Notes: generated by a model from the letters alone, not told the origin. A DNA stretch of 64,000 bases from Octopus sinensis (GCF_006345805.1 NC_043007.1:15314001-15378000); one strand, 5' to 3'. Positions 41,266 through 55,737 are shown, counted from the stretch's first letter. Made by a program: numbers and translations.

Positions 41266-41682
41266 GGTAGCGAGCTGGCAGAAACATTAGCACGCCGGGC
41301 GAAATGCTTAGCGGTATTTCGTCTGCCGTTACGTTCTGAGTTCAAATTCCGCCGAGGTCGACTTTGCCTTTCGTCCTTTCAGGGTCGATAAATTAAGTAC
41401 CAGTTACGCACTGGGGTCGATGTAATCGACTTAATCCGTGTGTATGTTTTTGTTTGTCCTCTCTGTGTTTAGCCCCCTGTGGGTAGTAAAGAAATAGATA
41501 TTTCGTCTGCCGTTACGTTCTGAGTTCAAATTCCGCCGAGGTCGACTTTGCCTTTCGTCCTTTCGGGGTCGATAAATTAAGTACCAGTTACGCACTGGGG
41601 TCGATGTAATCGACTTAATTCCTTTGTCTGTCCTTGTTTGTCCACTCTATGTTTAGCCCCTTGTAGGTAGTAAAGAAATCGG
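41266..41682 (+). mobile_element. SINE family C with two tandem units
   Basis: GCGAGCTGGCAGAAACATTAGCACGCCGGGCG head; duplicated internal unit. Confidence 0.92.
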
Positions 41683-42377
41683 TATGCTTCTCCTTCTCAT
41701 GGCATACATTTCGCTGTGGTTTCAGGTTCATTCTCACTGCAAAGCACCTTCAGCTACATTATATATCCGAGCCGTCCGAAAAATGCTTTGTGAGTGGATT
41801 TGCAAGAAGGAAACCGGAGTGTGGAAACCGGAGCAACATCCATGTCTCTCGCTCTCTAAACCCTTCAGCATGCCCGTAGTCTAATGACACACAAGTAAAA
41901 GAATAAGATAAACACACACACACACACACCATCACACAGACACTCACACACATATATATGAATGTATGTAAATAGGTGTGTGTAGGAGCGGGGTTGAATG
42001 ATTTAAAAGCAAGCTTAGCAACCCCAAGGTCCAGGATTCAATGTCGATGTTAAGGAAATTCTTAGGCAATTGTTATTTTTAATAGGATTATCCCAGAACG
42101 ATCCATATCTTCTAAACTAAACTGTAGGCATTCAAAAAGTAAAAAGAAATCTGTCGGATGGTTCGTACGGGGAATGAAAAGGTACCGCTCTTTTAACACA
42201 TCGTTCCAAACTGATTCTGCTCTCGTATTGCTTTAATTAACTTGCACGATAATTGAATAGGCGAGTTGATCAAAAGATTGAATCCTCATCGACGAATGAC
42301 GAAGCTCGCTTGCTCGATCTATCAATCTATTCATCCGCCCGCCCGCCCGCCCGTCCGTCCGTTTGTCTGTCTGTCTA

Positions 42378-42464
<87 letters not shown>

Positions 42465-42490
42465 ATCTATCTATCTATCTATTTATCTGT

Positions 42491-42790
42491 GTAGCACCTT
42501 GGACAAGTGTCTTCTTGTGTAGCCCCCAGTTTGGCCAAAACTTTGTGAATGGCTCCGGTAATGGTAAACTGAAAGAAGCCCGTTTTGTGTATATAGATAT
42601 ATATATATATATATATATATATTCTTTTATTCGTTTACTCGTTCCAGTCATTTGACTCCGTCCAAGATGGAGCATCGCCTTTAGTCAAACAAATCGACTA
42701 ATACATATTCTAACAGTCTCTTTAGCCGAATGACTAATTTACAGGGACGTAAACACTCCAACATCGGTTGTCAGGCGATGGTGTGGGACA
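42491..42790. mobile_element. SINE family B with its 3' half inverted relative to its 5' half
   Basis: 5' half on + (42491-42590), then (AT)n, then 3' half on - (42622-42790). Confidence 0.65.
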
Positions 42791-42799
42791 ACGTTTCAA

Positions 42800-43216
42800 A
42801 TTTTAGCATAAGGCCAGGCATTACGAGGGAGAGAATAAGTCGATTACGTCGAAACCAGGGTTCAGCTGATACTTAATTTTATCGACCCCGAAAGGATGAA
42901 AGGAAAAATCGACCTGTGCAGAATTTGAACTCAGAAAGTTAAGATGGACGAAATACTGCAAAACATTTTTTTGCTGAACCTGGTAACGATTCTTCCGATT
43001 CACGGATTTGGTTTCAAATGTGGGCCCAAGACCAACAACTGTAGGGGAAGGGGTAAGTTGATTTCATCGAGACCCATTACCCAACTGATACTTATTATTT
43101 TCGACCCCCGAAAGGATAAGAAGTAACGTCGATTTCGGCGGAATTTGAACTCAGAACTTAAAAGCAGACGAAATCCGCTAAGTATTTTGCTCGGCGTACT
43201 TACGACAGCTCGCCGC
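42800..43216 (-). mobile_element. Diverged SINE family C, multi-unit
   Basis: ATCGACCCCGAAAGGAT and GAATTTGAACTCAGAA each occur twice; head CAGCTCGCCGCC at ~43207. Confidence 0.75.
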
Positions 43217-45825
43217 CATATAATAACGTTATGACAACGAATTCTTCTTTCTCTGTCCCCAATCACCCCTTGTCAACCGGTGTTGGTGCGTTTATGTCAC
43301 CGTAACATAGCAGTTCGGCAAAAAGAACCGATAAGATATGTATCAGGCTTTAAAAAATATAAGTGCTGGGGTCAATTCGTTCGATTAAACTTCTTGGCTG
43401 TGCCCCATTATGTCTGCAGTCTAATGGCTGAAACAGGCAAAAGATAAAAAAAAGGAAGATAAATTGGAACACAAACCATATAAAGAGCACATAAAACGTA
43501 TATCTTATTCCATATACAACCATATTTAGAACTGTTTACCATATATTGTACAAGATACGAAATGAAAGCATATATTTGCATTGAAGTATTTTGCTTTTGG
43601 CTCAAAATGTTTGTTTAAAGAAGGAAAAAGAAGAAAAAATGACGAATCTGATTGTCAGTGAGTGAGTGTTAAGTTTCCGTGAATATTTAATGTGTTTTAA
43701 GAAACTCGGTGATTTTATAAATGTCTTTTATTTCTACTGGAGTAATTTTCCTGAAAATTTCATGATTCCCTTGTTTGTCTGATTGTTTATTATAATCATT
43801 ATTGTCATTTTTTTTTTTTTTTTTTTTTCGCTTTCAATATTCTTGCGCAAAATATAATTTCGCCTTTGTTTTATTTCATATCTCCCAGGCTTGTTATAAA
43901 CACTGAAGTAGTATTTTGACTTCCCTCTTACTGTGTATTCTTGTTAGTCGACTGTTTCTCATCAACTGCTTCATAAATATCATCAGCTTCAATAGAAGTG
44001 GGATGTTACACCATTCTGATATTATGGCGAATTAATCACAGAAATTTCAAATCAATATGAAAAATTAAAGAGAAGGCAACATTTGCCCTGAAGACGCGAT
44101 TGTAAAATTATAATTCGATTCAAAAGATATTTTCACTTCAACTTCTGCAAATATGGCTGGAATTTGTAGAATGTTTGTTTCATATTTTCTGATTGTGTTT
44201 AGATTTAGTTTTGCTTTAAATGTTATGCTAATTTTAAGCTTATTGTTGGTTATATTTTTGCTAATAAACGTGCAAGCAGAATAGTCAACACAACGCGGAA
44301 CATACTCCATATTATCGATCGATAAATGTTTAACTATCGTTCACAGTATGACAAATAGTAATATTTTGTTTTAATTATCGTTTCCCAATCAAATATATAC
44401 ATCAGAAGGAGCCGGTCCTATTAACGTATGTTAAAACTCTCAAACTCTACTTATTTCATAGGATTTGAAACAGTCATTGTACGTTCGAGAAAGATTTGCA
44501 TCAATGTATATTATGCTCCATTTCTCAAAGCGGCAAAATGTACAAAATATTATAGATAAACGCACAAAATATGGCTAAACGACTAGTAAAACTTTAACTG
44601 TATATCGAATTTGCGGTTTTGATGTTTCCGATGCACTGGAATAATTATTGCTGGTTTATAACACCGGGAAGGAACATACAGTTCTGACAATAGAAGCAAT
44701 ATACTTTCGAACAAATTGAACATCAGTCATTAGAGAGCTCTCTTAAACACAAAAGATATTAATTATTGGTTAATATAAATATTGATTAATTGATATGATC
44801 TATTACGTGTTAAGTAATTTTCTTAGTACAATATTTGTCATGGCTAATTCATCAAATGATTTGTTCTGGTAATTTTATGACTTATAAAGAATCAGGCTCA
44901 AAGACCACGTATAGTTCCGACTGAACTGAGAAAGAACGAGATGTAACTACGTCCATATCATGATTCTTCGTTTGTTTACTATTTTATATTAAATGTATTC
45001 TTGAACAATAGCATCGTTTGACCCTTAAATTCAAAGAAGGTTCCAACTGCAAAATCTATGGTTTATTGAAAATGGTATTTTCTCTTTCAGCGTTGTTAAA
45101 CTGGTAAATATTTGATAAAAATTACAATAAAAATTATTTCGTATCAGATTCACTACTTCATTAAATCTTCATTCTTAAATTTAAGATTTTATGTAGTCCC
45201 TACATTTCATGGTTTCTCATAAACTCTCATCTATAACTTCAAATAAATCTCATAATTTGACAACTTTATCCTGAATCGAGCCCGCCAGAAAGAGTGATTA
45301 TCTTGGTGCATAAAGATAGAAAGAGATAAGACCTTGTACATATCCTGGCTTGCCTTTATATACATTATTGGACGTTAGTCAAATATTGATTATATCATGC
45401 GTTATATTTCATGTAGCACAAAATCCCATATTTCCTGAAAAGAAAATAGTTACGCCAATGGCGTGCATATTCATGCATAATATATTGCAGCAGATAAGAA
45501 AGGAAATGTGTTAATCGCTGGTGCCTGAAGCTGATGAGACACAACAAAGTCGAATCAACTGTAATGTATTAAGAATGAGCATGCAGGTCATCGCTTCTAT
45601 TCTCACTATTTATTGTATGTATTACAATCTTTAATAAATGAGTAATGGACTATTACGATACTCGTATACATCATCCGAAAAATGATTTTGATTGACAGAA
45701 AAATGAAATTCATTTTGACCAGGATTCAAAATCGTATTACATTTTTTCATACCCAGGTTGTTAAACTCTTGTTCCATAAACATCGCTTCAATAAGAATTT
45801 TGAAAGGGAGGAGAGCAAATTGCTA

Positions 45826-45870
<45 letters not shown>

Positions 45871-47684
45871 CCAGAAACTCAGGTCCATGCGTATCACGTC
45901 AGGCCGACGATGGGAAGGATGGCTTCCCTTTGCAAATACCGATAGGGCACAGAAAGTGTGTCAATAGCCAGCTGGAGAAGATGTTCTCCTGGGGCTACAA
46001 GCTACAGTAACATCCACCCTTAGTGGTTAGCCATATTTAGATGGCAAATATACTTCACATAGTGGTGCAGTTACTGTTTATACCTCGTTCAGAGATTTAT
46101 TATTGCTTATATATAATGAGAGAGAGAGAGAGAGATGAATAGATAGATACAAAGATATATATATATATATATATTATATATTATATATATATTACTAGTA
46201 CAGAATATATCATAAGGAAGATGTTCTTTACTTTACTATGTTCATGAATCTGGTAATATCTGGGGATCAGCATAATTCAGAGAAATACATATTGTGTCTT
46301 TGATATTTCATGTGTTTTGCAGAAATGTTATGCGTAGACGCTCGCTAAGAAAGGAATCGGTTGTTTATTATTTTTACACCTGGAACAGAATCCTAAATAA
46401 TTTGTGTTTGCTAGAGAGGTGAAGGCTAGGATGGTTACTATTGTTTTTTCCTTGATCAATCCTGTTCGAGTATACCCATGATTAAATCGTTCTAACAGTG
46501 ACCACACTATCTTATATCAAACATACTGTAGAGGAATTTAAAGGATTGGTTGCTATTTCTAGCAATACGAAAAACCACATCAGAAGCTCGTTTATCGCCG
46601 TCTCATTAAATCTGCTAGATTATAACGTTGACTCGTATATTTATTAGGGCGAAATAAATGTATTGACTGCATTGAACTAGACTACAAAGTCAGGTTTTGC
46701 TTCTGAGAATATAGTCGATTAGTTCGATATAATAAAACCACTACAAGTATTTAATTTAGCGATCAATCTCATAACGCATGAAAAGTAAACCCGGTTGCGG
46801 AATGATTTAAACTCAGACAACAAAAGCCAAGGAACCTAATGCGGTAAGACGTTTAATCCAATGCTTTATATTGTCTGCCATCTCTACGCTCTACTGCAAC
46901 TGATATATTTTTCATAGTTTATGTTTTCGCGTAGTTTAAGATAAGAAAAGTTATAGATAAGAGACAGTGTCGAATAAAACCCGTCTCTTGAATTACAACT
47001 TAAGAAACAAACAAACTACTATTTCAAAAATCTTGAAAGAAAATATTTAAGCTAGTAAAGTTTAACAAAAGTAAATAACATAAAATATTTTTGAAATAAA
47101 AAAGTGGAAGTATCAAAGAAGTATTGGGTTGAGAAATAATTGGACATATTTGCACATATATCTCTATTCCCCGGGAGATGTAAAAGCATTTTGCAAACGA
47201 TATCAAAGTTAAACAAGAGAAAGAACTAAAACAAAAAAATTATATGTGAGTGAAAAAGGGAGGCTTCTATGAAAATATATATTATATATACATTGATTTG
47301 TTTCATAATCTAGCCGTTTAAAGTACAGAAACTGCACAGCTTGGCCACTGATCGATAGATATGAGAAATAATTCAAATTTATCGTATTCATCAGATATTT
47401 TACAAAGCTTTTTAGATTTTTAGATTTTTTTTAGATTTCCTTAGTAAAGAAACAGTCGTTTGCTTCCGGTGCCAAAATATTTCTACTACGATTTGGCTTT
47501 TAATCAACTTTTCCATGAAACGCACACTCAGACATACTGACATATGCACACATACACGTACATGCGTATACATGCCATTATTATATATGCATATGTATAT
47601 GTATATGTATATGTATGTATGTATGTGTGTATGTATATATATATATATATATATAATTACATATATGCACACATACATACATAT

Positions 47685-47723
<39 letters not shown>

Positions 47724-48194
47724 TAAATGTTTAGATATAGATGTGCGTATATATGTATATGTATATTTATAAGTGACCATATGTATGTATATATACACAC
47801 CCATACATACAGATGCACACACACACATATGTACACATATACACTCACATATATAAATCGTTACATCGGAAAGTGACGTTTATATTATTAAATATGCTTG
47901 TATATGCAGGGAGAAATTAGTATGAGTGTATATATATACAGATATATGTGTGTAAGCTTCGTTTGAACGATATCAGCCTCATGAACACTATTGACCATCA
48001 TGTTAGTTTAATTAGATAAGTAAAACTCGACAATGCAAGAAAAATATATTGATTTCAAGCGGAAGTACAGCAGTATGATTTTATATAGGAGGACAATGGC
48101 TGATTGAATTAGCATATTCTCTGAATACGAAGTCGAGGCTACCGAAGCTGGCTCTGGTAGAATTTGAAATCAGAATGCGACGCATACAGGCATA

Positions 48195-48622
48195 CTCTTT
48201 TTACTCTCTTACTTGTTTCAGTCATTTGACTGTGGCCATGCTGGAGCACTGCCTTTAGTCGAGCAAATTGACCCCAGGACTTATTCTTTGTAAGCCTAGT
48301 ACTTATTCTATTGGTCTCTTTTGCCGAACCGCTAAGTTACGCGGACGTAAGCACACCAGCATCGGTTGTCAAGCGATGGTGGGGGGACAAACACAGACAC
48401 ACAAACACATACACATACACACACACACACACAAACACATACACACACATATATATATACATATATACGGCGAGCTTCTTTCAGTTTCCGTCTACCAAAT
48501 CCACTCACAAGGCTTTGGTCGGCCCAAGGCTATAATAGAAGACACTTGCCCAAGGTGCCACGCAGTGAGACTAAACCCGGAACCATGTGGTTCGTAAGCA
48601 TGCTACTTACCACACAGCCACA
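48195..48622 (-). mobile_element. SINE family B, near full length
   Basis: Same family motifs as 7557-7959. Confidence 0.92.
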
Positions 48623-49136
48623 CCTACGTCTACATACATATTTAGTAACTTTTGCTTTATTTTTTCTGCTATACGTAGAGAGCTCCAAATTTTGAGATAG
48701 ACTATTATATTGTTTCCACGTTCAACTGCTAGTTATTATATTCACCCCGGAAGGATGAAAAGCAAAACCGACCTCAATGGAATTTGAGCTCACAACGTAA
48801 AGAGCCAGAAGAGATACAGGCAAGATAGTTATCCGGTAAGCTAACGATTCTACCAGCTCGCAAGTATTATAGTTTGGTTTATAAAACATTACTTCCCAAA
48901 TTCCAAGTTTTAGATTTATATAAATGCCGTCAGCTTAGACACTTTGTCCAGTTCTGGGTCAAAATTCCGTTCAGGTCGACTTTTCCCTTCATTCTTTCAA
49001 GGTCGAAAAAATAAGTACCAGTTGAGTACTGGAGTCGATGTAATAGACTAGACGTCTCCTCTAAAATTTCAGCCTTTATCCTACAGTAGAAAGAACACAC
49101 ACACACATGTATATAGATACACACACACACATACAT

Positions 49137-49229
<93 letters not shown>

Positions 49230-49358
49230 CAGTTAATTTAAGGAAGTCATATCTTCATTAGGGATCATATAATCCAAGGTATTCCACTGGTTTAATCCCT
49301 ACCATATAATGCGAAAGTCATTAATATATGTTAGGGATTATTGAAATTATCAGTATTG

Positions 49359-49723
49359 GGGAAAAACAAGAAGAAAATGGAAAAGAACTGGATGTAGGAA
49401 TAATTTATTTATACGTAACAGTACAACTAAAATGATTACAGGTTGAAAGTTCAAAAAATAAAATAAAATGAAATAAGGAACCTACATATATGTTTCAGCC
49501 CTATCACCTAGTTGATCGGAGTTTCCAAGCATTTCGTTTGAAGCTAAGAAATGCTTGAAAATTCCGATCAGCATGGTGATAGGACTGAAACATATATGTA
49601 GGTTCCTTATTTTGTTTTATTTTATTTTTTGAAGCTTCAACCTGCAATTAATTTATTTGTACTATTATGTTTTTTCTAACAAATAAATTATTCATTCCTA
49701 CTCCATTTTCTTCTTGTTTTCCC
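49359..49723. mobile_element. Imperfect foldback (MITE-like) element
   Basis: Arms ~49359-49535 and 49548-49723; GGGAAAAACAAGAAGAAAATGG pairs with CCATTTTCTTCTTGTTTTCCC; 12-nt loop. Confidence 0.7.
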
Positions 49724-51335
49724 TATATATATTTACATTCAGTGTACTGCAGCCATGCTGGGGGTAGACTCTCGAAGGGTTTTATTCGAACAAATCGATT
49801 CCAGTACTGATATTTTAATATTTTGTAAGTTGGGTACGTATTCTATCAGTTTTTTTTATTACTGAGTTGCTAAGTTTGCAAGCTAACGTCCATTGTCAAG
49901 CGGTGGGAGTAACAAACAGTCTGACACACACACAAACACATACAAACACTTATATACATACACAATCACACACATACACACACGCACACATATATATATA
50001 CGTGCATGCGCGCTTGTGCACTATGAATTTCTATACAATTTCCGTCCATCAAATTCTCTCATGAGGTGTTGGGCTGCCCGAATCTAAACTAGAAGACACT
50101 TACCCAATGTAATGAGCAGCGAGATCGACCATGAAGCCACTTGGTTTCAAAGCAAGCTTCTTAACCACAAACACACTCTTGCAGATAATCCAATGTTTTT
50201 TCTTACATGTTTTGCTGAACTTGTGTAGTCCCTAGTTAACGCTGAAACGGCAGACCTATACACAAAGGCATTCTAGCGAAACCTTTACTGTTTTTCTTTT
50301 ATGAGTAGAAATCTTACGATCATATTATCAATTATGTCCTTTTTTCAGACGATGTTCTGTGATTTGAGAGAGTTCTGGCTGTTGTTATTAGTATAGCAAG
50401 AAACCATGCAGAAGCCTTCTCCTTTATGTCTTTTCTTTTCGTGGCCCCTCTTTACTGGATGGCATCGGGTTGCTTGACAAAACTTTTATTTTTCTGCTTT
50501 TGAAAAATTAACAGAAAAGTTCAACACTTCCTTTCTCATACGTATATGACAGAAACGTGAGATGTTTAAATCATGTTTTCTCTCTCAAATTAGTCGTTAA
50601 TTGAATTTGAATAATTTAATGCTAATAGATAGTCTATTGTCATTTACACGATGCGTATCGTAGTAGTTTAGTAGTTTGTTATTGCTCAATCAGGAGGAAA
50701 ATCAGGACCCATTCACTGCATACACTGTTACGTTGAATTAAGATATATGTGTGTATTTACGTAACATACATACATAGTATAGTGGCTGCTTCCTCGTATA
50801 TACATTGCTAGAAATAATCATTGAAATGAGTGTCATTGATGATACATTATGAGGCCCTCATATGATTCTTGAACCTTGCCAAGGATTTGCACATTTTATA
50901 GCATACTGCACAGTTGTGCTGGCTGGCAGAAGAAACAGGTGCCACAATATGAAATCTTTTGACGTCTTTTTAATCCTCCAACTAAACTGCACACCTTTCC
51001 ACGTGTTGCACATGTTCTGTTGTGAACAATAGCCGTATCACAATTGACAAGGGGTTGATTCCTATGATTTTCCAATGGCTGACCACGCCCGTACGATTCA
51101 AGCATTTCCACCTAAAAATCACGCACGTAAAACATATCAGCCCTTCACTATCTACAAGTTCATTCTTACTAACCTTTCTCTTGATCTTCTCATGCTTCGT
51201 TCTCTCTCTTTCAAACTTCGAACAACAAACTGTGCACTTTTTTCCTTCATCCATTTCGGTCTTGTACTCTCTCTTCCAATTAACATATACACACACACAC
51301 ACACACACGCATACATACATACATACATACATACA

Positions 51336-51371
<36 letters not shown>

Positions 51372-51383
51372 CACAAACACATA

Positions 51384-51527
51384 TTTTACTGAGGGAGGCC
51401 GGTTTATGGGGTTACCCTGGGTTTCCCGTCCATAAATGGTTTAACGTTATGACGATACGCCAAAAGTCAAACCCTTTATGGGCGGGAAACCCAGAGTAAC
51501 CCCATCAACCGGCCATCCTCAGTAAAA
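51384..51527. mobile_element. Small hairpin (MITE-like) element
   Basis: ~52-bp inverted arms 51384-51436 and 51475-51527. Confidence 0.75.
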
Positions 51528-51669
51528 AACATCGACTACACTACGTCTTAGAGCGTGCTTTTTCTCCGGATTTCTGTTTTCTAAAAACGATATATATATA
51601 TATATATATATAAAGTTTTAACACTCACACACACGCACACACACATATACACACAGATTCATATATATA

Positions 51670-51945
51670 CATGGATGGTAGTGTCTTGTAGTCCGTGAAA
51701 GATGGTTCTGCAGCTTGTTGTTGAACGGCAGGCACAGTGTATGTAATATGCGTTAGCTGGGGCCCTCCATCAAATCGACGTTGCTTGAACAGGTGCACGG
51801 TGTGCCACGTGTCAGGTGTTGAAGTGATCACAGAGCAATGAGATGTGAAGTGTTTTGCTCTATAACAAAGCACGCCACTCAGTCCAGGCATTGGAAACAC
51901 GATTTTGCAAACGTGAGGGCAATAACCTAACTACTTGGCCAAGCG
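51670..51945 (-). mobile_element. Diverged CORE-like SINE
   Basis: GAGCAATGAGATGTGAAGTGTTTTGCTC...CCTAACTACTTGGCCA resembles the minus-strand head seen at 14340-14446. Confidence 0.55.
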
Positions 51946-51951
51946 CCCTCA

Positions 51952-52028
<77 letters not shown>

Positions 52029-53015
52029 CACACACATATATACACCACACATATAAACACATCCACACACACATGTATATATGTATGCCATTGTTCAGTT
52101 TTATTTCAAGATTTCTTGCCAATAGCGAAAGAGCCGGTTTCTAACGGAGATCCAAAGCTCCTTCATTGGAATTTCAACATCAACAACAGGGCATTTTTGT
52201 TTGTATGTATATGTACAGATTTTTATGTTTTGCTTTGTGTATGTATTCTCATGAATCTAGTTGCATATCTAGATATGCTCATATATATATCGATATGATA
52301 AACTTCTGGTCTGGATATATGTGTGTGTATGTGTGTGTTTTTACGTGCATATGTGTGTATTTGCGTGTTCGTGAATTTGTGCTTGAGTGTGCGCGTGTAC
52401 ATGCATGTATATGTGTGTGCATACATGTGTGTGATAGTGTGTAATGAGGAACTCGTTATAGTCACTGACCCAATCGTCACCTTAAACGCATCCAGAACGA
52501 CTTACAAACACACAAGACAAAATCCACTTTCTGTTTTTCAACAGTGGATGCTACAGAGCAAGAACATTTTAATCTTAAAATAAAAAAAAATTAAGGGAAA
52601 TTGAAAACGAATGAAAGTATGACAGTATTGAATATCTTTCTTTGCTTATTTCTTCGTTTACCTTTTTTTTTCAATTTCGTTGTCTTTTTCTTTTTGACTA
52701 GGTATGCAAAAGTATGCCAGCTTGTTGAATAGAATTAGTAAATATGCCATACATGTCTCCTCTTAAAATAATTAGCAGCAGAAAGAAAGCTACGTTGCTT
52801 CAACTACAAATTAAAATCTAGTTAAGGTGACAGTATATAGAGCTAAGCTCAGTCTCCCATTCTCTCAATCGCTCTGACGTTTTTCTTCTCCTTCTCTCCA
52901 CATCACTCCTCTCCCTCCTCACCTCTTCCTCCTCTTCTCCTCTCTCTCTCTCATATACAGACATGTTTGTATGCTTATATTTTTTGTACGTATAGATGTA
53001 TGATATATATATATC

Positions 53016-53047
<32 letters not shown>

Positions 53048-53296
53048 TATATATACATATACATACATGTACTCACAGGAATTTTATTTAAAGTATGTAG
53101 ACTGAAACTAAATGAACATTTGATTCGATTAGAAGGAGAGAAAGGGCAATTTGTCTTGTAACGCAAGAATATTCAAAGTCTATAGCCATCCATACATACA
53201 TACATACATACATATATATATATATATGTGCGTATATATATATATATACCACACACACACACACATATATATTACATATACATGTTTGTATATATA

Positions 53297-53342
<46 letters not shown>

Positions 53343-53348
53343 TGCATG

Positions 53349-53422
<74 letters not shown>

Positions 53423-53977
53423 GTATATATATACATATATATGTGTGTGTGTATATTATATAAGTAGTATGTATGTATGTATGTATATATATATAAAACT
53501 TTTTCTCGTAGCTCTTCTTTAATTCCAACAAACGAGAGAATAGCTTACAGAATAATCTGCAATTGGATAATTGAAAAAAACAAAGCAAAGTCATCGCCTA
53601 CATATTACCATAGAGATAAACCAGAAAACACTAACTGTTATAGATATTTGTTAGCTATGGAAGCAATGTTTTCTTTTGGTTAGGTTTCGACTGGTAAACT
53701 AACCTGAAGGAATCGGCTCATTTAGAAACAAAAAGCGAAATGGTTATATTACTAGTTTTCTAAAACCATTCTTCTTTAGTTTAATATTGTTGTTTTTGCT
53801 ATTGTTGTTGTCGTTGTGGTTACTATTTTTACGTGTAATTTTGGAGATTGAGCATACCATGATGTACTTAGTATGTATATATGTATATGAATGTGTATGT
53901 ATATATATATATATAAATGTATATATATATAATGTATATATATATATGTATATATATATATATGTATATATATATAT

Positions 53978-54010
<33 letters not shown>

Positions 54011-54204
54011 CATATATATGTATATGTGTATATGTATGTATGTACGGTGTTTCCGTACCACCCACATAGCCTTGCCTTGCAATTTATATGTATGCGTGCG
54101 TGAACGTTTGTGTGTATGTGTGCGTGTGTGGTGTGTGTATGTGTGTGTGCAAGCGTGTACTTGTGTGTGTACCTCTGTCTCTATGTATGTATATATTATA
54201 TATA

Positions 54205-54263
<59 letters not shown>

Positions 54264-54364
54264 TATATATCTACATGGAGAGAGAGGCACAAACACAAAT
54301 ACTCGCTCGCACAAACACTTCTGTTTTACCTGTATATATATATATGTATATATATGTATATATA

Positions 54365-54720
54365 TAGGTAAAACTGAAGTTGAAAATGCATTGAGAATGG
54401 TTAAAATATTTTTTATTAACATATTGGAAGCTTTAACCGGTTTCAGAATTTGCACTGATCTTCAAAATTTTTTGATAGAAAGACGTGTCTTATGTCACAT
54501 TTTTCTTGCTTCTGACTAGTGTTTGAAGTTTGCCCTGCTTTTATAGGGAGTTGATGGATCAAATTAGTATGCTTTGAATAGAATTTGATTGGTCGAGGAT
54601 AGTAACATGACTGGTCTTAGAAATGTTTGTAGGTTCCCCGCTACGTCCGTGTGTTAGTATCAAGTGACAATGTTTGGCGTCGTAAGTTAAGGCTGACACG
54701 GTTGATTGAACATGTCCAAA
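54365..54720 (-). mobile_element. PLE terminal repeat, inverted, immediately upstream of a PLE ORF relic
   Basis: Minus strand shows CTATAAAAG (TATA-like), a decayed hammerhead at 54431-54468 (TTGAAGA...GAAACCGGTT) and AATAAA; abuts (AT)n. Confidence 0.55.
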
Positions 54721-54768
54721 CAATCAAGGCTCTAAATGTTCTCTGTCAAGTGTCTAAGGAGAGTCTAA

Positions 54769-55490
54769 ACAGATTCTAAACAATATTTACTATTCTCCTC
54801 ATGCCATAAAAAAAACACGAAGAATAATAACCTCTTCAATCTAGCAAGAAGTATCTGCACAATTGTCTCAAACCCCGAAACTCGAAATAAAAGACTCTAT
54901 GAACTAAAACAAGTACTACTTAAAGAACAATACCCATTAATGCTTATAGACAATGGAATAGAAGGTGCCAAAGCAATAAATATCAAAGAACTACAAAAAG
55001 CGAAAAACGCTTCAGATACATCTAATAACCTACGCTTTATTACAACAAACAACACTAGAAACACTCCGGTTTGCAATATTATCCACCCGAACATCCCACT
55101 ACTAAATGAAACAAGCTTTCGAAATACACAAATAATCAAAAGTAAAAGACAATCAAAGTCCCTCAAAATGTTTCTCACAAGTGCTAAATTACCTTCCATC
55201 ATTCCATCACCAACAGTCAAAAAATGTGACCGCTCCAACTGCGGGACTTGCATCAATCTTATTGAAGACACAACATACAAATTCAAATCAGGACAGACTT
55301 TTAACGAAAAAAATCAATTTACAGGTTCCTCAAGGAACTTAATATACGCTAACAAATCTCAAGAATGTAATGAAGATTACATAGGTCAAAGAAAACTCAC
55401 TCTAAGAAATAGACTGACCAATTCACCGACAACAAATACGAGACCCCAGTACTAGACAGATCCCATTGAGTGGTCACATAGATAAAATGC
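54769..55490 (+). pseudogene. PLE RT-thumb/GIY-YIG relic, truncated
   Basis: TDSKQYLLFSSCH, FNLARSICTIVSN, IIKSKRQ, KCDRSNCGTC, NLIYANKSQECNEDYIGQ; clearly homologous to 33060-33760. Confidence 0.88.
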
Positions 55491-55696
55491 GTATGTCAAG
55501 TTGACGCAGCGTGCCTCCGTGTTGGTCTTTGGCATACTGGTAGAGTATTGAGGGCTGTTTTTTATCGTCATATTGTCTTAAATGGCCATTTAGTCCCTTC
55601 GCAATGCGTCAACATATCTCACCTATGCCTATAATGTTCTTGTTTTTAACAAGTATTCTCTTTACCTTATATATACGTAATATATATATGTATATA

Positions 55697-55737
<41 letters not shown>

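Noticed and set aside
43860-45300. Repeat-poor stretch with an 81-aa minus-strand ORF (44065-44310) and a possible 13-nt microexon (45091-45103)
   Set aside because: No recognisable domain, frequent stops in all frames, and splice-like motifs are expected by chance in AT-rich DNA.
45531-45563. CTGATGA-GAC...GTC-GAATC...GTA hammerhead-like string
   Set aside because: GAAT core and no stem I pairing; at most an old relic.
47285-47400. Minus-strand CTGATGA...GAAAC...GTA
   Set aside because: Stem II pairs over only 3 bp and stem I is not adjacent to the cleavage site.
53512-53680. Open frame between AG and GT sites (SSLIPTNER...AMFSF)
   Set aside because: Composition matches the background and no homology was recognised; too weak to list.
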